Shown here: positions 21,024 through 33,089 of the stretch, in pieces
Numbering within the stretch: the stretch's first letter is position 1
How the letters are laid out: each line of letters begins with the position of its first letter
Source of the DNA: an uncultured delta proteobacterium
Lineage (GTDB): Bacteria > Desulfobacterota > Zymogenia > Zymogenales > Zymogenaceae
NCBI GenBank assembly: GCA_963792965.1
Contig: CAWBYW010000006.1
Coordinates: 1-64,000, forward strand
Direction of reading: 5' to 3'
Length of the DNA stretch: 64,000 nt
The notes under the pieces: generated by a model
Seen by the model: the letters and a program-made list of their open reading frames with translations, nothing else
The model's database searches: none
What the model was told of the DNA's origin: nothing
Program-made: the position numbers and the translations under genes

Positions 21024-22619
21024 CTAAAAGTTCTTCTTGGCGTATTCCTCGGCGAGCTTCACGTACTCCATCAGCTGGTCCGGCGCGGCCGCCAGCGTGC
21101 CGTCGACAATCGTGGCCATCGGGATCTGTCCGGGTTTGAGCATAGGCCTGGTGTACGGAGCGTAGCCGAGCTCGTGCACGCCGGTGCTCCCTCGGCACGG
21201 CGATGGGGAGGAGAGGTGCGGAGTGGACCGAGCGTATTTCTCGAAGAGCCCCGGCCAGTGGGCCGGTCCCCCCATCTGGGTGAGCGGAGCGATCCCGAGC
21301 AGCGCATCGTACCACCCCTCACCCGCGATGAGGAGGTCCGGAAACGCGGCCTTGAGCTCGGCCTTGATCACCTTGTAGCCCTCATAGATCGGGTAATAGG
21401 GGTCGTTTGTCCAGGTGTCGTCGGTGTCGAGGAAGACGCCGTCAAACCCGAACTCACGGATCAACCCGGAAAGCGACTCCAGGAGCCTCTCCTGCCACGC
21501 CGGGGCTCCCGGGTTGAGCCAGATCTGCCACCCCGGGTCGTACGAGCGATCCCCGCTCCAGTCGGGCTTATTGCCCAAGAAGACCGTCCCGCTCGCATCA
21601 TGGAGGAGCGATATCGGGCCGTACTCCGGGAAATCGGGGTGCTCCCGGTTCGTGCAGTTGGCCCCGAACATCGGCATTATCCTGGCCCCAAGAGAGCGCG
21701 CGCCCTCGACCAGCCGCTTGAAGCCCTCCGGTCCCCCGAGCCGGGGATCGGGCCGGTAGTCCCCGTATTGCCAGTAGTACCGTCCCTCCCATCCCGGGAG
21801 GTAGGCCAGTATCTGATCGCCCGGCATCCGGTCGGCAAACCACTTGACGACGGTGAGCATCTCCTTGTAGGTGTTGAAGACGTATCCCGAAAAATGCATC
21901 CCGTGGATGGAGAGGACGAGGCTGATCTTACGCGCCCAGTCGGGGACGTCCGGGCGCGACTCAAATGGTGAGAAGCCATAGGTCGTGGCAACCCAGTCAA
22001 GCAGGCGCGCGGCCTCCTTCTTGGGGTCTTTGACCCTCGTCATCTCCCAGGGCGCCGTGGCGATCGCGGTGGAGAAGCGCGTCCCGGGGGCTTCGTAGAT
22101 CAGCTCCACGTCGACGACGTCGCCGCGCGGGATGAAGGAGAAGCGCTTGGGGGTCACCTCGTCGTCCCACGCCGAGAAGGCGATCGGCTCGCCGCCTCCC
22201 TCGAGGAAGACGATGGGCATCTTGAGCATGAAGATGTTCCAGTGGGGATAGTCGAAGGTCATGCCGTCGGCAAGGATCGGGAAATCGGCCGAGTGGTCGC
22301 TCGTGACGGTCGTTCCCTTGAGGCCCCGCACGATTACCTTCACGGCCCTGAGCTTCTCCCGGTGGGCCGCATCGACCTTGAACTTGAGCCCCTTTTCGTC
22401 CCGCTCCACCATCAGCATCGCCCCCCCTTCCGACTTTTCCGTCCCCCCGGCCCAGGTCAGGCCCCGGGCGGTGAGGATGGCGCGCTCCCCCTCAACCTTG
22501 AGCTCGCTTCGCTCCGGATCAACCCCATAGACGTTTTCGTGGGTGAATATTTCAACGGAAAACTCGGTGCCGAAGATCGTATAGACCGGGTGTCTCGGAT
22601 CATAACTAAGCCGCTGCAT
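21024..22619 (-). CDS. putative glycoside-hydrolase-like TIM-barrel protein (DUF6259-like)
   Basis: GW....W.Y.DY.PDPRLGGPEGFKRLV..A..LG and FGFDGVFLD; no signal peptide. Confidence 0.55.
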   Translation of the reverse strand: MQRLSYDPRHPVYTIFGTEFSVEIFTHENVYGVDPERSELKVEGERAILTARGLTWAGGTEKSEGGAMLMVERDEKGLKFKVDAAHREKLRAVKVIVRGLKGTTVTSDHSADFPILADGMTFDYPHWNIFMLKMPIVFLEGGGEPIAFSAWDDEVTPKRFSFIPRGDVVDVELIYEAPGTRFSTAIATAPWEMTRVKDPKKEAARLLDWVATTYGFSPFESRPDVPDWARKISLVLSIHGMHFSGYVFNTYKEMLTVVKWFADRMPGDQILAYLPGWEGRYYWQYGDYRPDPRLGGPEGFKRLVEGARSLGARIMPMFGANCTNREHPDFPEYGPISLLHDASGTVFLGNKPDWSGDRSYDPGWQIWLNPGAPAWQERLLESLSGLIREFGFDGVFLDTDDTWTNDPYYPIYEGYKVIKAELKAAFPDLLIAGEGWYDALLGIAPLTQMGGPAHWPGLFEKYARSTPHLSSPSPCRGSTGVHELGYAPYTRPMLKPGQIPMATIVDGTLAAAPDQLMEYVKLAEEYAKKNF

Positions 22620-22709
22620 AATAACTCCTCATTACGTCACGGTAAAGTCGTCGGGCCCGTCCCAAAATGAAGTCGCTTCGATGACGCTCCCATTATACCA
22701 GATTCTGGA

Positions 22710-23843
22710 CTATTTGTTCTCTTTGCGGTACGGCTCCTTCAGATATTTTTCGGCCATTTCCATGCCCGCCCCCTTGATCCCCGTGTCGACCGCCTTATGA
22801 TATCGCTTTATCGCCTCCCCGCGCCTGCCTAAAAGGTCCTCGATCATCCCCAGCCGTGCGAGCGCCAGTGGCCTTACCCAGTCGTAGTTCTTGTCGGTGA
22901 CGACGAGCGCCTGCTCAAACTCCGCCGAGGCCTCGTCAAGCCGTCCCTTGTCCATGAGGATCTTGCCCATGAGGTGATGATAGCGGGGGCACGATCGCTC
23001 CGTCGAAATAGGGCGCCCGGGCATCCATCTTCCTTTTCAGAGCCGCGGCAACGGCGAGCGCCCCCTCAAAATCCCCCGCCTCGGAGAGCGCGTAGGCGTA
23101 CGGAAAATATATCTCGGGGTTGTTGGGGTAGCTCTCGATAAGCTCCTTGCCGCAGGCGATTGCCCCACGATAGTCGTGCTCGATGTTGGCAAAGATCACC
23201 AGGAGCGCCATCCGGGCGCTTGCCCTCGTGTATATGCCGTCGGAGGCCGCTTTCTCAATATCACTGAGCCCCTCTTCCCTGTCGCCGGGGATATCCAGGA
23301 CCGACAGGATCGCCCGTGCGTAGGCAGGAAGCTCGCTCATCCCGTACGAAATCAGCCCGACGCCGTACAGCACGTCGGGATCGTTGGGCGAGATCCGTGA
23401 GGCCTCATCGAGATATTTCTTTGCCGCAAGGGCCGCCCGTGATGCTTTTAGGTAGTCCTTCTGCTCGAGAAAGAGTTGTGAGCGGAGTGAATAGGCCGTG
23501 GCAAGCAACAGCTTCACCCTCCCCTCATCCTCTCCCCATTCTTTCTCTCCGGCAAGCCCGATACCCTTTGTGAGGAGCCCATCGATCAGCGCCGGTCGAT
23601 CCCTTTCATCCCTTCCCGTGGCGGGTAAGACATGAGGGCCATCGCCCGATACACGTAAGGGGCGGGATTTTCCGGCTCACTCTGTTCGATGGCGGCAAAG
23701 GCCTTTTCGCCGCCCGATATGTCCGCGTTGAAGATCAGGTCGATCCCTTTGAGTATCTCCGACCTAAGCCGCGCGTCCTCGGCGCGGGCGGTGGACACGG
23801 CACAGACCATGATGATGCAACAAATGACGGCCCGACTTCTCAT
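22710..23843 (-). CDS. exported TPR protein (two frameshifts)
   Basis: ORFs 23586..23843, 22936..23517 and 22710..23024 join; signal peptide and TPR helices. Confidence 0.7.
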
Positions 23844-23844
23844 T

Positions 23845-24585
23845 TCACGTGCCGATCCAAAAAATAAAGAGATACTTCAGGCCGATGATGAACTTCAGCG
23901 TCATCGCCCAGGCCAGACCGCGCGTTACAAAGAGCCAACCCAGGATAATATTTCCGATGAAGGACAACAATAGATGCGTTATGAAGAGATAGTTCAGCCC
24001 GAACGGTATCCCGATGAACTCGAAATATTTGACCGTGAAGAGGGAGGCGACGGCGGACATCAGGACAACCCCTGCGCCCTTGTTCTTCGTGAGCCCCACC
24101 CCGATCGTGACGAGCCCGAGCCGCAGGATCGTCTCATCGGCCAGCGCTCCCTTGAAAGGAAGGCTGATAAGATAGACGATGCCTTTTGGAAAGGAGATTG
24201 GGCTTATCGCAACAAAGAAACGGTCAAAGATGAGGTACGAAGCCGCCACGAGAAGAAGCCCGGCCACGACCAGGATCGGGAGAGCCTTGAGAAGGCCTTT
24301 CACCTCTCCGAAACCGGGCAGTTCAAACCGCCGGGAGAACGAAAACCCGATGAGCGACGAGAGAAAAAGGAGGACCGATAAAAGCACGAGCTCAAGCGCC
24401 AGAAATGTTAACGGGTCATGGCCCACACGGGGCCCGGCCGACGGGACCACGAAGACAAGATAATAAAAGTAGGGAACGATGGAGATCACCCCGAGCGCCG
24501 ACAGCACGATGGATCCGGTCAGCACTCTTCCCATATCCGCATTGCCCGTCATGGAGGCCGTGACTTTCTTCCACACATCGTTCAT
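23845..24585 (-). CDS. multi-pass membrane protein with weak CPBP/Abi-like similarity
   Basis: Seven to eight hydrophobic segments; DETILRLG resembles a degenerate EExxxR motif. Confidence 0.6.
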   Translation of the reverse strand: MNDVWKKVTASMTGNADMGRVLTGSIVLSALGVISIVPYFYYLVFVVPSAGPRVGHDPLTFLALELVLLSVLLFLSSLIGFSFSRRFELPGFGEVKGLLKALPILVVAGLLLVAASYLIFDRFFVAISPISFPKGIVYLISLPFKGALADETILRLGLVTIGVGLTKNKGAGVVLMSAVASLFTVKYFEFIGIPFGLNYLFITHLLLSFIGNIILGWLFVTRGLAWAMTLKFIIGLKYLFIFWIGT

Positions 24586-24762
24586 GTCTTTTTCCCGGAG
24601 CCTCGCCGCGCCGTCAATCAAGGATTTGCCGCAGGTCCCGCGCAGCCTATCCCTGTCGCAAAAGGGTGTCGTTCGTTCAACTTTGTTTTTCAGGATAACA
24701 AAAAGGAGTGAATTCGTCAAGGTCGGATAATCGATATCCCGCAGCGGAGCCGGTCGGGCCGT

Positions 24763-26430
24763 CTATTTGTGGGCTGGCTCCGTCATGATACGTTGATAAC
24801 GCGCATAGAGCTTCTCCTTGTCCAGCGAAAGATCGATGAAATCCCACGGGAAGAGCTCATCTCTGTCACGCTCCCTCAGGACGTAAAAATCGGGGTTGAT
24901 CGGCGTCCGTCGCATGGCGGCGCCCCAGTCTTCGTTGTTTAGGGCCGCGTGCTCGAGGATATCGGCAACCCGCCGGTCTCCCCGCGCCAGGAGCGCCTGG
25001 ATATACGACCACTTCGGCGGCTCAAAGACGACGGTGATCCCGCCCGTTTTTCTCAGCTCGGACTGCACCTTTTTGATCTTTTCCGAGAGGCTCTTTCTTT
25101 CCTCCATCCCCATCCACATGAGGGGGGTATGGGGCTTGGGGACAAGCGGGGTAAGGGAAACCGTGACCCTCCCCGACGCGGCGCCGCCTTTCGTTGCGGC
25201 GATTACGGTATGCCGCGCCCTCCTGGAGAAATCGGCGATCGCCGCCACGTCTTCGTGGGTCTCGCCGGGTATCCCCACCAGGAAATAGAGGCGGAGGTTA
25301 ACGATCCCGGAGGCCGCCGCCCGCTCGATGAGGGAGAAAATCTCCTCGTCGGTCATCATTTTTCCGAGCGCCATTCTCAGTTGCTCGGTCCCCGCTTCCG
25401 GCGCGATGGTCAGCGTCCTGACCTTGAGATCCGAAAGCAGGGTGATCCCCGCGTCGGTGAGGAGCTCGGTCCTGATGGACGGCAGGCCCACCGCGCCCCC
25501 TTTCTCCCTGATCCTCTCCAGGATCCGGATGAGGCCGGGGTGGCTGGATACCGCGGGACCGATCAGCCCCACCGTATCGGTCAGCTCCATCCCCCGCTCC
25601 ATGTCCGAGAGGATGTCCTCGACCGGCCTCATCCTGACGGGTGAGTAGACCGACGAAGCCACGCAGAAGGCGCAGGCAAACGGACAGCCACGTTCGAGCT
25701 CCACCAGCAGCATGTCGGCAAACTCGGTATCGGCGCTCACGATCGGTGAGCAGAGGGACAACCCCGAGAGATCCGTTCTCTTTCGAAGGACCACCCGATC
25801 GGGCTTCCCCTTGACGTTCCGAAAAGACGCGAGCCTTCCCCGGTCATCGTACCGGTCCACGAAGTGGGCCGGCACATAGACGCCGGCGATATCGGAGAGC
25901 GCGTCAAGCACCTTTTCCCGGTCTTCTCGGCCGACCGAATGTTCGGTGAGAAGGCCCAGGATTTCGGGCGCCAGCCCCTCCCCCTCCCCGAGGGCGAAGA
26001 AGTCGACAAACGGCGAGAGCGTCTCGGGGTTGATCTGGACGGCCACCCCCCCCGCCCCGATGAGGGGATAGCGCATGTCCCTCATCGTGCGGCGCAACGG
26101 GATCTTTGAGATATCCAGTATCTTGAGGACATTGAGGAAGTCATTCTCGAAGGATATGGAAAACAGGAGGAGGGAAAACTCTCTCAGGGGTCGCGCGGAC
26201 TCAAGCGTGAGAACGGATTTTCCGGCTTTCTCCAGGGAAATCTGATGTTCGGGCTCGGGGAGAAAGGCGCGCTCGATGAGGATACCCGGAGTGTCGGCCG
26301 CTTCCCGAAAGACCGAGAGGAAGCCGAGGTTGCTCATCCCCACCCGATATATGTTGGGATAGATCAGGGCCGAGAGATGTCCGCCGCTCCGCGGGCCGCC
26401 GCCCTTTCTCGTGTGCACGCAGCTCGACAA
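24763..26430 (-). CDS. B12-binding-type radical SAM protein
   Basis: YPNIYRVGMSNLG, ERAFLP, RGCPFACAFC, TIAPEAG and PKPHTP. Confidence 0.85.
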   Translation of the reverse strand: MSSCVHTRKGGGPRSGGHLSALIYPNIYRVGMSNLGFLSVFREAADTPGILIERAFLPEPEHQISLEKAGKSVLTLESARPLREFSLLLFSISFENDFLNVLKILDISKIPLRRTMRDMRYPLIGAGGVAVQINPETLSPFVDFFALGEGEGLAPEILGLLTEHSVGREDREKVLDALSDIAGVYVPAHFVDRYDDRGRLASFRNVKGKPDRVVLRKRTDLSGLSLCSPIVSADTEFADMLLVELERGCPFACAFCVASSVYSPVRMRPVEDILSDMERGMELTDTVGLIGPAVSSHPGLIRILERIREKGGAVGLPSIRTELLTDAGITLLSDLKVRTLTIAPEAGTEQLRMALGKMMTDEEIFSLIERAAASGIVNLRLYFLVGIPGETHEDVAAIADFSRRARHTVIAATKGGAASGRVTVSLTPLVPKPHTPLMWMGMEERKSLSEKIKKVQSELRKTGGITVVFEPPKWSYIQALLARGDRRVADILEHAALNNEDWGAAMRRTPINPDFYVLRERDRDELFPWDFIDLSLDKEKLYARYQRIMTEPAHK

Positions 26431-26483
26431 GATGCTGTTCGTACGAAAGGGCCCGTCTTCTCACCCACCCCCCTCAATCATGA

Positions 26484-27649
26484 TCAATCGGCCTTCTTCC
26501 TCAGGAAGGTGGGGATGTCGTACTCGGAATCCTCTCCGTCGACACTGAGGTTTTTCCGTGTTACCTTATCGATGGCGATGCTGTCGCGCTCCTTACGGAT
26601 GAAGGTCGGCATATCGAGATCGCTCTTCGTCTGTCCGATCACCGCCGCGGGACCGATCTTGATGAGCTCCCGGGCAAGCGAATCGTCGGCCTTCGAAAAT
26701 CCGGTGGCGATCACCGTGACCATCAGCTCGTCCTTCAGCTGGCTATCGATTACGGCGCCGAAGATGATGTGGGCGTCATGATGGACCTCGCTCTGAATGT
26801 GGGTCATGGCCCCCTCGACGTCTTCCAGCGTAAGGCTCTCGCCGCCGGTCAGGTTGACAAGCACCCCTCGTGCGCCGCTGATGGAGAGCTCCTCCAACAG
26901 TGGACTCGTGACCGCCCTTTTTGCCGCCTCGACGCCTTTGTTTTTTCCATCGGCGCGGCCCGTGCCCATGATGGCCATCCCGGTCTCCTCCATGACCGTC
27001 CGGACGTCGGAAAAATCGAGGTTGATGAGCCCCCGAACGGTGATGAGGTCCGAAATACCTTTGACGGCAAAGTAGAGGATCTCGTCGGCCTTCTTAAATG
27101 CGGTAAAAGCGTCACGTCCCTGCCGGAGACCTCCAAGAGCTTCTGGTTGGGGACGCACAACAGGGTATCGACGTGTTTTGCCAGCTCAATGATCCCGGTT
27201 TCGGCCTGCTCCATCCGCTTCTTGTTCTCAAAGGCAAAGGGTTTGGTCACCACCGCCACCGAGAGCGCCCCGATCTCCTTGGCCACCTCGGCGCAGATGG
27301 GCGCCCCGCCCGTCCCGGTGCCGCCCCCCATCCCCGCCGTGATGAAGACCATATGCGCGCCGGACAGCATGTCCCTGATCTTGTCCCTGTCCTCTTCCGC
27401 GGCCCGTCTGCCGACGTCGGGGTTGGAGCCTGCGCCGAGCCCCTTGGTGAGCTTTACGCCGAGCTGGAGCTTCAGGGGGGCCTTCGAGGCCGTGAGGGCC
27501 TGGGCATCGGTGTTGGCGCAGATAAAGTCGACCCCCACCAAGCCCATCTCGATCATGTTGTCCACGGCGTTGCCGCCGCCCCCGCCGACGCCGATGACCT
27601 TGATCTTCGCGCCGCCAAGATTATTCTCGACAAACTCGAACATATCCAT
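26484..27649 (-). CDS. ftsZ: cell division protein FtsZ (frameshift near 27105)
   Basis: [32 protein letters not shown] and C-terminal DIPTFLRK. Confidence 0.97.
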
Positions 27650-27666
27650 GATCAAGCCCTCCGGGA

Positions 27667-28894
27667 TTAAAAGTAATCCTTTATAATCTCTTTGAATCGA
27701 TCGGTTACCTTATTGAACATGTTCCTCTCGCCCACCTTGAAGCGAGTCTGGGCACCGTTCCTGAACCCGTAGAGAACCAGTCCCACGCCGGTGGCGTACA
27801 TCGGGTTATTGACCACGTCCACCAGTCCGCCGATCCCCGTGGGATATCCGATCCTCACCGGCATGTTAAATATCTGCTCGGCCATCTCGCCCATGCCCTC
27901 CAGAAGCGACGACCCACCCGTCAAGACGACCCCCGATGCCAGGACGTCGACGTATCCCGCCCGTGTGATGTCCCGATGGACAAGCGACAGGATCTCTTCC
28001 ACGCGCGGCTCGATGATCTCGGCCAGGATCTGCCGCGAGACGACCCTCGGTTTTCTCCCTCCCACCGACGGCACCTCGATCGTCTCATCCTTGTCCACGA
28101 GGGACGCCAGCGCGCATCCGCTCTTTCTTCTTTATCCGCTCCGCATCGATCACGGGAGTCCGCAGCCCCACGGCGATGTCGTTGGTCAGGTGGTCGCCGC
28201 CCAGCGCCAGCACCGTCGTGTGCTTGATGCTCCCCTGCGAGAAAACGGCCACGTCGGTTGTCCCTCCGCCGATGTCCATGATGATCACGCCGAGCTCCTT
28301 TTCATCCTCGGAGAGCACCGCGTCGGCCGAGGCAAGCTGCTCAAGGACGATGGTGGAGACATCGAGGCCCGTCCGGTTGACGCAGCGGATGATGTTCTGG
28401 GCGCTCGTCACCGCTCCGGTGACGATATGCACCTTGGCCTCAAGCCTCACCCCGCTCATCCCGATCGGCTCCTGGATGCCGTCCTGCTCATCGACGATAA
28501 ACTCCTGGGGGAGGATGTGAATAACCTCCCGGTCAACCGGAATGGCTATGGCCCGCGCCGCATCGATGACCCGCTTTACGTCGCTGTCCGTCACCTCGCG
28601 GTTCTTTACCGCAATGATGCCGTGGCTGTTGAATCCCTTGATATGGCCGCCGGCGATCCCCACGTAAACCGATTTGATCTCGAGGCCCGCCATAAGCTCC
28701 GCCTCGCTGATGGCCTTTCTGATGGAGGAAACCGTGCTCTCGATGTTAATGACCACCCCCTTCCTCAGGCCCCTCGAGGGCGTGGAGCCGATGCCGATGA
28801 TCTCGACCTCACCGTCCACCTGTTCGCCCACGATGGCGCATATCTTGGTGGTCCCAATGTCGAGTCCGACAAAGACATTGTTCGTTGATGTCAT
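27667..28894 (-). CDS. ftsA: cell division protein FtsA (frameshift near 28125)
   Basis: [17 protein letters not shown] and [11 protein letters not shown]. Confidence 0.97.
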
Positions 28895-28924
28895 CGTTTC
28901 TCACCTCCTAACCAGTGAGGTACC

Positions 28925-29731
28925 CTACATCGTCGGTGTCCCGTTCTTGACAATAATGCGTCCCTCGATGTTCAGGTAGATATATTGGATCGGGCCCCTC
29001 TTTTGGGCGTCGGGGAGCACCGCGATCAGCTCTTGGATCTTTTTCTCGAAGGGGGGCCGCCCGAAGCAGAGCCGAATTCCCTCCCGGGTAAAAGCCGTGT
29101 ACCCGATCGCGTCTTTAAGCTCCACGGAGCTGACGCACCCGCCCGATACGATGCCGTGCTTATAGAGCGATAGAACGAGCGCAGCTCCATCGGCAAACTC
29201 CCGCTTCGTCTTCATCCCGAAGAAAACCGGATAGGCGGAAACGTCCGCGTCGATCCGGAAAAGCTCGCCGTCGGGGTCTACGAATCGGTACCCCTCGTCG
29301 GTGACCACCACGCCCACGGGCGTATGCTCGATGACCGTGACGACCAGCCGACTGGGAAGCCGGCGCTGCACCCGGGCATCCTTAACCCAGTCGATCGATT
29401 TTACCCGGTTCCGTACAGCAGTGAGGTCCGTCTCGAAGATGGGGCTGCCGGCCTGAAACCCGACAGCTTCGTCGATCTCTCGCGCATCGGCGTTTTTCAC
29501 CCCAATCACGTCCACCCCGCTCAATTTAAAATACGGTGACCCCGATATCGCGTTATGAACGAGGGGAAGCGCCCACGAAACGCCATAGATGACGCACCCC
29601 ATACACGCCAGGAGAAAGAGACCCATAAAGACGGAGGTTACCTTTCGGCTCCCTTCGGCTTTTACAGGCGGCCCCTTGAGGTTTTCCCGAACGTAGCCGG
29701 ACGGCCCGATGTCTTTGAGGTCCCTTGTCAC
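28925..29731 (-). CDS. ftsQ: cell division protein FtsQ/DivIB
   Basis: Single TM helix, POTRA (WVKDARVQRRLPSRLVVTVIEH) and position in the dcw cluster. Confidence 0.85.
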   Translation of the reverse strand: MTRDLKDIGPSGYVRENLKGPPVKAEGSRKVTSVFMGLFLLACMGCVIYGVSWALPLVHNAISGSPYFKLSGVDVIGVKNADAREIDEAVGFQAGSPIFETDLTAVRNRVKSIDWVKDARVQRRLPSRLVVTVIEHTPVGVVVTDEGYRFVDPDGELFRIDADVSAYPVFFGMKTKREFADGAALVLSLYKHGIVSGGCVSSVELKDAIGYTAFTREGIRLCFGRPPFEKKIQELIAVLPDAQKRGPIQYIYLNIEGRIIVKNGTPTM

Positions 29732-30621
29732 AGATCCTCCCCGATGACTTTTATCTCGAGCTGGAGGTCGATTCCCTTCCTTTGCCTGACCTCTCCCTTA
29801 ATCTGCTCGATGAGTGAAAGGACGTCTGAGGCGCACGCCCCGCCCCGGTTCACAATGAAGTTGGCGTGCAGGGACGACACCTGGGCCGCGCCGAAGGCCC
29901 GTCCCTTGAGCCCCGCCTCGTCGATGAGTCTGCCCGCCGGCCCTTCCGGGGGGTTCTTGAAGACCGACCCCGCGGAAGGGAGCGCGAGGGGCTGTCGCTC
30001 CTTTCGCCAGGACAGCCGCTCTGAGATCACGCGGGAGATCTCGTCTTCATCGCCCCTCGCCAGAGAAAGGAGTGCGCCGAGAATAATCTCGCTTTTCTCG
30101 AGCCCGCACATGCGATACGCGAAGTTCAGCTCCTGCGCCTGCTTTTCGTACACCTCTCGGTTTTCGCCCATGAGGGTCACGGACCGGACGACGCCCCCCA
30201 TCTCCGAGCCGTGTGCCCCCGCGTTCATCATAATCGCGCCCCCGACGCTTCCGGGAATGCCGGAAAGGTTTTCGAGGCCCGAAAGCGACCATCGCGCGCA
30301 CTGCCTGATCAATGCCATGAGGGTGCCGCCCGCCTCGGCGAACACCATGTCCGCTTCCTTCTTTTCGATCTTCTTCATACCGCCCATCAGGATCGCGCAG
30401 CCCCTGATTCCGCCGTCGCGGACCAACACGTTCGTCCCCATCCCGAGGATAACCACGGGGATATCCCGGCGCCCAACGGCCTCGAGCGCGGCCTTGAGGT
30501 CATCGATGTCGACGGGTTCAACGACGATGTCGGCCGGGCCTCCGATTCTAAAGGACGTATGTCGCGCCATCGGCTCATCACACAATACCCTTCCCCTGAT
30601 CTTCTCCTCAAGCCTTCGCAT
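29728..30621 (-). CDS. murB: UDP-N-acetylmuramate dehydrogenase
   Basis: HTSFRIGGPAD, GIPGSVGGAIMMNAGA, SAGSVFKNP and HANFIVN. Confidence 0.95.
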   Translation of the reverse strand: MRRLEEKIRGRVLCDEPMARHTSFRIGGPADIVVEPVDIDDLKAALEAVGRRDIPVVILGMGTNVLVRDGGIRGCAILMGGMKKIEKKEADMVFAEAGGTLMALIRQCARWSLSGLENLSGIPGSVGGAIMMNAGAHGSEMGGVVRSVTLMGENREVYEKQAQELNFAYRMCGLEKSEIILGALLSLARGDEDEISRVISERLSWRKERQPLALPSAGSVFKNPPEGPAGRLIDEAGLKGRAFGAAQVSSLHANFIVNRGGACASDVLSLIEQIKGEVRQRKGIDLQLEIKVIGEDL

Positions 30622-32014
30622 CCTTTTCCTTGAGCAGTCCGAGGAACTCCTCTCCCACGCGGTAGATATCGCCGGCGCCCAGCGTGATGACCATATCGCC
30701 GGGCCGGACGATTTTCATCAGGCGTGCGGGGATATCTTCCTTCTTCGACACAAAATAGCGCTCGCGCATGCCGCGCTTGCCGATCTCCTCGAAGAGCCCT
30801 TCCGCGTCCACGCCCGGAATCGGGTCCTCGGAGGCCGGGTAGATCTCGGTCATAACCAGGACGTCGGCCGCGAAAAAAGCCGTCAGGAAGCCCGCGAAGA
30901 GGTCGCGCGTCCTCGTATAGCGGTGCGGCTGGAAGACCGCCACGATCCGTCCCTCCCAGAAGTTCTTGGCAGCCGCAAGGGTCGCCGTGATCTCCGTCGG
31001 GTGGTGGCCGTAGTCGTCCACCACCGTAACACCCGCGGCCTTTCCCTTGATCTGGAAGCGCCGGTGCGGCCCCACGAACCGGGAAAGCGCGTCGGCGACG
31101 GTCTCAAAGTCGAGGCCGACTTCCATCCCCACGGCCAGCGCCGCCAGCGAGTTGAGGACGTTATGGGAGCCGGGTATCGGGAGCCTGATCTCACCCCACG
31201 TCTCGCCCCGGTAGCCGACCGTAAAGACCGACTCAAGCCCGCGTAAACCTCAGCCCCGTGGCGGTGAAATCGGCCTGCGGCGAGAAGCCATAGGTGACGT
31301 GTCTCCGCTTCAGGTCGGGTATGACGGCCTGGACGTTTTCGTGATCGAGGCAGAGCACGATGAGCCCGTAGAACGGCACCTTGTTGGCGAACGCGACGAA
31401 GGCCTCCTTGATCTGGTCGAGGTCCCGATAGTAGTCCAGGTGCTCTTCTTCGATGTTCGTGACGACGGCGATGGTGGGGGTCAAAAGAGAAACGAGCCGT
31501 CGCTCTCGTCGGCCTCGGCCACCAGGAATTGCCCCTCCCCGAGCCGGGCGTTGGAGCCGATGTAGTCGAGCTTACCCCCGATGACCATCGTCGGGTCGAG
31601 GTTTCCCACCCCCATGATCGTCGAGATCATGGACGTGGTGGTGGTCTTGCCGTGCGTGCCGGCCACCGCCACGCCGTACTTCATCCGCATCAGCTCCGCC
31701 AGCATCTCCGCGCGCGGGATGACGGGGATGTTGCGCCTGACCGCCTCCAGGACCTCGGGGTTATCCTTTCTCACCGCCGTGGAGACGACCACGACGTCGG
31801 CCTCGCCGAGGTTTTTTTCCGAGTGGCCGTAGTTGATCGTCGCGCCCAGCGACTTGAGCCTCTCGGTGATCTCGCTCTTCCTGATATCCGAGCCAGATAC
31901 CTCGTAGCCCCGGTTGAGGAGAACCTCCGCGATCCCGCTCATCCCGATGCCCCCGATGGCGATGAAATGAACCTTGTGAAACCCCCGATATGCCGTGCGC
32001 TGGTTCTTGATCAT
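30608..32014 (-). CDS. murC: UDP-N-acetylmuramate--L-alanine ligase (frameshifted)
   Basis: [38 protein letters not shown] and FQPHRYTRT. Confidence 0.95.
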
Positions 32015-33089
32015 GATGCCTTGTTTCCTACGTCTATAATCCATTCCGCTATCCGGCGCGCCGCATCGGGCCTTCCCATGGCCCTGGCCCGCTTTCCCAT
32101 CTCGAAGAGCCTGGTCCGATCCCCGTACGCCCGCCCGATCAATTGAGCCAGTCGCTCTCCCGAGAGCTCCTCCTGGCGGATCATCTCGGCCGCCCCCGCG
32201 TCGACGAGGTACCCGGCGTTCGTCGCCTGGTGGTCGTCAACCGCAAAGGGATAAGGCACGAGGAGCGAGGGGCGTCCGGCGGCGGCAAGCTCCGAGACCG
32301 TCATCGCGCCCGATCGGGCGATAACCCAGTGCGCCCTCCCGTAGAGACGCTCCATGTCGTCGCGAAACTCGAAGACCTCCCCCCTGACGCCCGACTCGTC
32401 GTACGCCTTCTTTACCCACGGATAGTCATGCCGGCCGGTCAAGTGGATAAAGGAGACCTCCTTCTTAATGTCCCCGAGGTGAGGCAGCGCGTCCCTGACC
32501 AGACCGTTGAGGGGTCTGGCGCCCTGGCTCCCGCCGAAGATCAGTATCGTAAAGGGACCCGTCACCGCCTCGGCGGGGGACGGCAAAGAGGGCCTCCCGC
32601 ACGGGATTGCCGACAAATAGCCCGATATCCTTCGGGAAGTCGCCCAAAGCCCCCGGCAGACCCACAAAAGCCCGCTTCACGAATCTCCCGAGGAGCCGGT
32701 TGGTGAAGCCGGCGACGGAATTCTGCTCGACGACGCCCGTCCTGATGCCGAAGAGTGCCGCCGCAAAGACCACCGGGCCCGACGCGTACCCGCCGACGCC
32801 CAACACCACGTCGGGCCTGATCGCCGCAAGCTTTGCCAGAGCGCTCATCCCGGAGACGGGAAGTATCGCCACCGCCGAGGCCTTCGGAGACCAGCCCGCT
32901 CCTGCGGAACTTGCCCACCGGGATGAACCTCACGTCGACCCCCATCTTCGGCAGCACGTCGGCCTCGATCCCGTCCCTCGTGCCGATAAAGGTGACCTCC
33001 CGTCCGCGCTCCTTCATGAGCAGCTCGTAGACCGCCGTCCCCGAAAAAAGATGTCCGCCGGTGCCTCCTCCCGCGATGACTACTCTCAC
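32011..33089 (-). CDS. murG: lipid I N-acetylglucosamine transferase (frameshifted)
   Basis: [28 protein letters not shown] and [10 protein letters not shown]. Confidence 0.95.

Noticed and set aside
29555-31246. 563-aa plus-strand ORF and similar long ORFs (13506..14588, 27791..28888, 44198..45394, 54647..55741)
   Set aside because: These are antisense shadows of well-supported genes in GC-rich DNA and carry no motifs.
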